Below are positions 60,483 through 64,000 of a DNA stretch of 64,000 nt, piece after piece; position 1 is the first letter of the stretch; each line of letters begins with the position of its first letter. The translations under genes and the position numbers were made by a program. Where the stretch lies: the IMG/VR virus record IMGVR_UViG_3300025881_000012; one strand, written 5' to 3'. Source of the DNA: an uncultured virus (IMG/VR IMGVR_UViG_3300025881_000012) (taxonomy: Duplodnaviria; Heunggongvirae; Uroviricota; Caudoviricetes). The notes under the pieces were generated by a model. It worked only from the letters and a program-made list of their open reading frames with translations, had not been told where the DNA came from and did not search any database.

Positions 60483-61651
60483 TAGTAACCCTGCCTCACC
60501 TTATCTTTATCCAGTGCCACAATCTCTGTGAATCCAAGTGCAATTCCAACCTCAATGAAACTACCGTCGTTAAACATTCCATCAGCGGTCTCGTTAAATG
60601 TTGTATCAACCTTTTGAAGATAGCATCGTTGAATCTTGAATCCAGGATTACCACCCTGTCTGTTCTTTACTTCTATCTCAAACACATTAGGATACTTGTA
60701 CGCAAGAGGCACACCCGAGTTACCGATAGGCACTTTCTCAGGATATAATTCTTCACGAAACATCTGTACAATGCTTTTGATCGCCCGGGCCTCTTCGGGT
60801 GAATTGGCAATCATCTTAAAGTTAAACGCAAAATTTCTAATAGAGGCTTTTTCAAACAGTGTTCTTGTGTTGGGCGCACTTGCAACTCGTGACGCTGAAC
60901 TTACTGCGGCGCCAAGATTACCTGTGAGATTAGAACCTAAAACAGCACCAGCGGCACCAGCGACACCGCCACCAATCTTAGGCAACAAGCCAAGACTAGC
61001 ACCAGCAATACTGCCAGCGTTTGCGGCGACAACTTGACCTGCGATTGCACTCGCCGCTTTGACTAGTTCGCCATTTGCTGTAGTAGCACCCGCAAAAGGA
61101 TTTCTACCTAGCAATGCGTCTTCGGCTGCCCCACCTAAGATACCAAGATCAGCGCCTTGATATGATACTGCATCATTATATGCCAGACCTTTTGGTAAAG
61201 GCAGTGTTATCTTGCCATAATTTTCACCACCTGAATTGTTCTCATAACTGACCAACTCTTTCTGTTTTTTCTTAGAGTCTTCAATGATCTGTTTTTTGTC
61301 TTGAGATGATGTGCTTTCGTCGGCAACAGACTGAGTAGTGACACTGGTCAATGAGTCGTTATTTGAGTTAATCACCTTCGTAATGCCAACAGCATCAAGA
61401 ATGTTTTCACCTTCTATTTTAATAACCTTAAAGATGATTCTTGCAGGAAAGTTCTTGCTCATACTCAGCGGATAAAAAAGATCTCGTGCTTTGTCTTTGT
61501 CCGCTTGAGAAGAACCGGATGCCTCCGCGTTTTCAGAGTCATCTGCTTTTTCGCTGTACAATTCTTGCTCGGCATTTGCCTGATCAATCGCATCCAATGC
61601 TTCTTGATTAGCCCTTTGCCGAACGGCTTCTAGTTGCGCTTCTGTTGCCAT
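60482..61651 (-). CDS. gp48: Baseplate tail-tube cap
   Basis: PNTRTLFE...RNFAFNFKMIA.S.EEA..IK.IV..FR...YP, YPNVFEI, CYLQ, LGFTE. Confidence 0.8.
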   Translation of the reverse strand: MATEAQLEAVRQRANQEALDAIDQANAEQELYSEKADDSENAEASGSSQADKDKARDLFYPLSMSKNFPARIIFKVIKIEGENILDAVGITKVINSNNDSLTSVTTQSVADESTSSQDKKQIIEDSKKKQKELVSYENNSGGENYGKITLPLPKGLAYNDAVSYQGADLGILGGAAEDALLGRNPFAGATTANGELVKAASAIAGQVVAANAGSIAGASLGLLPKIGGGVAGAAGAVLGSNLTGNLGAAVSSASRVASAPNTRTLFEKASIRNFAFNFKMIANSPEEARAIKSIVQMFREELYPEKVPIGNSGVPLAYKYPNVFEIEVKNRQGGNPGFKIQRCYLQKVDTTFNETADGMFNDGSFIEVGIALGFTEIVALDKDKVRQGY

Positions 61652-61660
61652 ATCAACTCG

Positions 61661-61684
61661 CTAAATACTTTTATTTTATTTATA
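61661..61684. promoter_or_regulatory. Late promoter pair serving the divergent gp48/gp4 units: TATAAATA (- strand, 61677-61684) and CTAAATA variant (+ strand, 61661-61667)
   Basis: Both lie in the 40-nt gap between the divergent gp48 and gp4 starts. Confidence 0.65.
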
Positions 61685-61691
61685 GGCATTT

Positions 61692-62192
61692 ATGGCATAC
61701 TCTGGACGATATAAAGTTAAAAACCCTTTAAAGTATAAAGGCAATGCCGGCGGTGTCATTTATAGATCCATGTGGGAAAAATACTGTATGATGTATTTTG
61801 ATGCTCACAGTGATGTGGCATCATGGTCAAGCGAAGAGGTTGTGATACCTTATCTGTATGAGGTTGATAGAAAATATCACCGATACTTTATGGACTTCAA
61901 GGTGACATGGAAAGATGGTACAACCACACTGATTGAAGTCAAACCCAATAAAGAAACTAAACCACCCACAGGCAATAAGCGTACCAAAAGATACATTTCT
62001 GAAGGATACACCTACGTCAAGAACATTAACAAGTGGGAAGCCGCGGCTGAATATGCTAAAGATCGTGATTGGAAGTTTGAAATATGGACTGAAATTGAAC
62101 TGACCAAAATGGGTATCATGCCTAAGAAACTAAAACCGTTAAAGAAAATGAAGCCCTTTACGAGGAAGAAATGTACGAAACAAATTCGGTAA
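61692..62192 (+). CDS. gp4: Head completion nuclease
   Basis: KYKG...IYRSMWE, WSSEEVVIPY, HRYFMDF, LIEVKP, NKWEAA. Confidence 0.93.
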   Translation: MAYSGRYKVKNPLKYKGNAGGVIYRSMWEKYCMMYFDAHSDVASWSSEEVVIPYLYEVDRKYHRYFMDFKVTWKDGTTTLIEVKPNKETKPPTGNKRTKRYISEGYTYVKNINKWEAAAEYAKDRDWKFEIWTEIELTKMGIMPKKLKPLKKMKPFTRKKCTKQIR

Positions 62193-62197
62193 AATCG

Positions 62198-62205
62198 TAT
62201 AAATA
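62198..62205 (+). promoter_or_regulatory. T4-type late promoter TATAAATA
   Basis: Exact consensus 5 nt before ATG 62211. Confidence 0.75.
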
Positions 62206-62210
62206 AATGC

Positions 62211-62357
62211 ATGAGTCATTTAAAAGAAATTAACGAAACATACTTTCAGCATCTACGATTTGCTTGGAAAGTTGCGGTCGTGCTTCTAGTGCATGGTCTA
62301 TTTCCAAATCTCTGGCAGAATAAAGCCCGAACTATGATGGACAACCGACATGAGTAA
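62211..62357 (+). CDS. Small protein (48 aa) MSHLKEINETYFQHLRFAWKVAVVLLVHGLFPNLWQNKARTMMDNRHE, DUF6356-like
   Basis: Below the ORF-track cutoff; fills the gp4-gp2 gap; H..ETY..H..A..VH..FP pattern recalled for DUF6356. Confidence 0.65.
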   Translation: MSHLKEINETYFQHLRFAWKVAVVLLVHGLFPNLWQNKARTMMDNRHE

Positions 62358-62934
62358 TCTCTTTCAAACGGTAGAGCAAGAGGCATTTCGTGCTGGTATT
62401 ACGCCTCGCACCAAAGAATCACGCGCATGGTTCCGCAAAAAAGTGCAGAGAATGGGAGTCAATAGGCGTGAGTTAATGCGGGAAGAACCTATTTCAAAAG
62501 AGAGCGATACGATTACCGGCAACATGTATATGTTTTTCTACGATGCAAAGCATAGAAAGACACTTCCGTATTGGGATTCGTTTCCTCTCATTATTGCCAT
62601 TGGACCTGCTGAGAAAGGTTTTTATGGCATGAATCTACACTATCTGCCCATACCATTGAGAGCCAAGTTTCTTGATGAACTGATGGGTGTGACAAGCGAC
62701 AAAAAATATAACGAGAATACCAAGTTCAGAGTGACATATAGTTTTTTGAACCGAGCGGCATCAATGAAATATTTTAGGCCCTGCTACAAACACTACCTAA
62801 CATCGCAAGTGGAAGGTAACTTCGCAAAGGTGCCTGCTCCTGAATGGGAGATTGCTACGTTCTTACCAACAGCACAATGGCAAGGTAACAAGAACCAGGT
62901 ATACAAAGATTCTAGGAAAAAGATAAATGCTTAA
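62350..62934 (+). CDS. gp2: DNA end protector protein
   Basis: MYMFFYDAKHRKTLPYWDSFPL, GMNLHYLP, KHYL, WEIATFLPT. Confidence 0.93.
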   Translation: MSNLFQTVEQEAFRAGITPRTKESRAWFRKKVQRMGVNRRELMREEPISKESDTITGNMYMFFYDAKHRKTLPYWDSFPLIIAIGPAEKGFYGMNLHYLPIPLRAKFLDELMGVTSDKKYNENTKFRVTYSFLNRAASMKYFRPCYKHYLTSQVEGNFAKVPAPEWEIATFLPTAQWQGNKNQVYKDSRKKINA

Positions 62935-63592
62935 ATTAGGCACAGTAGACGAAATCAAGTCTGCAATAACAGACGGTGGTGGATTCAGCAAGAGCAATCT
63001 GTATTTCGTAAAGTTTCCCACAGTAGCGGGCATTACGGGATATGATATGGGGCTTTTGTGCAGTAACATAAATTTACCCTCCCGTCAGTTGACCAGCGTA
63101 GAACGTGACCTTGGTGTCACACGACAGAAAGTTGTTCATGGTTATGTCAACCCACCTATCTCAGCCACATTTCGTGTTCTGAACAACCAGGGTGCCAGAA
63201 ATTATTTTGAGTCATGGCAACAGTTCATTTTGCCCGAATACTCGGACGATGAAGCCAGATTTGAAGCCAAGTATCCCGATAAATATACAGCGCCGCTTCA
63301 CATATATCAGTTAGAACGTGGTAAAGGGTTTCCTGTATTCAACAAGCAGTTTGAAAAGAAGTTAGGACCAATCAATCTGAGTCTTGATATTGATGTTGAT
63401 GTAGCCACACCTGCTATTTCAAATTACCACTGGATTATTGATCGTGCGTTTCCTGTCAACGTTTCATCCAGCGAGATGGCAGATGGATCAGGTGAGATTC
63501 ATACGGTGACTGTGAGTTTTGAATACAAGAGTTGGAAAGGTGAACCTGTAAGTAACGGCAAACAGAAAGCATCTATTTTTATTAATCGGTAA
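62927..63592 (+). CDS. Tail-tube-fold protein, probable tail tube initiator (gp54-like)
   Basis: GGFSKSNLYFV, LCSNINLP, RNYFESWQ, AFPVNV, TVSFEYKSW; located between gp2 and gp26. Confidence 0.65.
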   Translation: MLKLGTVDEIKSAITDGGGFSKSNLYFVKFPTVAGITGYDMGLLCSNINLPSRQLTSVERDLGVTRQKVVHGYVNPPISATFRVLNNQGARNYFESWQQFILPEYSDDEARFEAKYPDKYTAPLHIYQLERGKGFPVFNKQFEKKLGPINLSLDIDVDVATPAISNYHWIIDRAFPVNVSSSEMADGSGEIHTVTVSFEYKSWKGEPVSNGKQKASIFINR

Positions 63593-63607
63593 CACATGGA
63601 GTAAATT

Positions 63608-64000
63608 ATGGCATTACCACTATTGAATGACGTTCCAAAGTATACATTAAAAATACCATCAACAGGCAAATCGGTCAAGTATCGTCCTTACTTAGTCAAA
63701 GAAGAAAAGATTCTTCTTCTCGCAAAGGAGAGTAAAGACCAAGATCAGATTATGGAAGCAGTGTCGGATACGGTTCGGGCATGTACCGCTGATAAAGTCC
63801 GACTTAATGATCTTACAACATTTGATCTAGAGTATCTCTTTGTAAAAATTCGTGCCAAGTCTGTCGGTGAGACTGTAAACTTGGTGTTGCCCTGTAGTGA
63901 ATGCAAAGCATCCAACGAAGCATCATTGAATTTAGATGAGGTCCAGTGTCCTGTAGACAGTAAGAAAAAGAATGTGATCAAGATTGACGATGACATTTCT
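63608..64000 (+). CDS. gp26: Baseplate hub assembly protein, partial (runs off window end)
   Basis: Read manually: MALPLLNDVPKYTLKIPSTGKSVKYRPYLVKEEKILLLA...FDLEYLFVKIRAKSVGE...CSEC; GGAG RBS. Confidence 0.9.
   Translation, partial: MALPLLNDVPKYTLKIPSTGKSVKYRPYLVKEEKILLLAKESKDQDQIMEAVSDTVRACTADKVRLNDLTTFDLEYLFVKIRAKSVGETVNLVLPCSECKASNEASLNLDEVQCPVDSKKKNVIKIDDDIS

Noticed and set aside
61692..62192. TnsA-like transposase or mobile element
   Set aside because: The PD-(D/E)xK motif is explained by T4 gp4 in its usual position next to gp2; no transposon ends or partner genes are present.

Overview
This 64 kb window is the virion morphogenesis region of a T4-like myophage. Protein style suggests an uncultured aquatic phage; the host cannot be determined from this sequence. 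Nearly everything from 1 to 61651 is on the minus strand. In transcription order: gp48, gp53, gp27-like hub, a gp5 function split over several genes (with an amidase), gp25, gp6, gp8, a large DUF4815/VrlC-like protein, an accessory fibre block, gp13-gp15, a fibre, a displaced gp7, gp16, gp17, gp18, gp19, gp20 and a collagen-like protein. A divergent plus-strand unit carries gp4, gp2, a gp54-like gene and a partial gp26. T4-type late promoters (TATAAATA) punctuate the region. No tRNA, rRNA, CRISPR array or mobile element was seen. The most striking features are: (1) a 3146-aa Tyr-rich protein whose repeat arms mirror each other, with exactly matching spacing of rare variants, around a small central domain, co-transcribed with a glycosyltransferase and an Fe-oxygenase-like gene; (2) a 2773-aa virion protein with 12 helical repeats carrying an invariant Cys in a motif resembling the phycobiliprotein chromophore site (KCARDIG); (3) an excess of D-S-[A/D] tripeptides in virion proteins, a candidate O-glycosylation sequon. 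All assignments come from motif recognition and synteny, not database searches.
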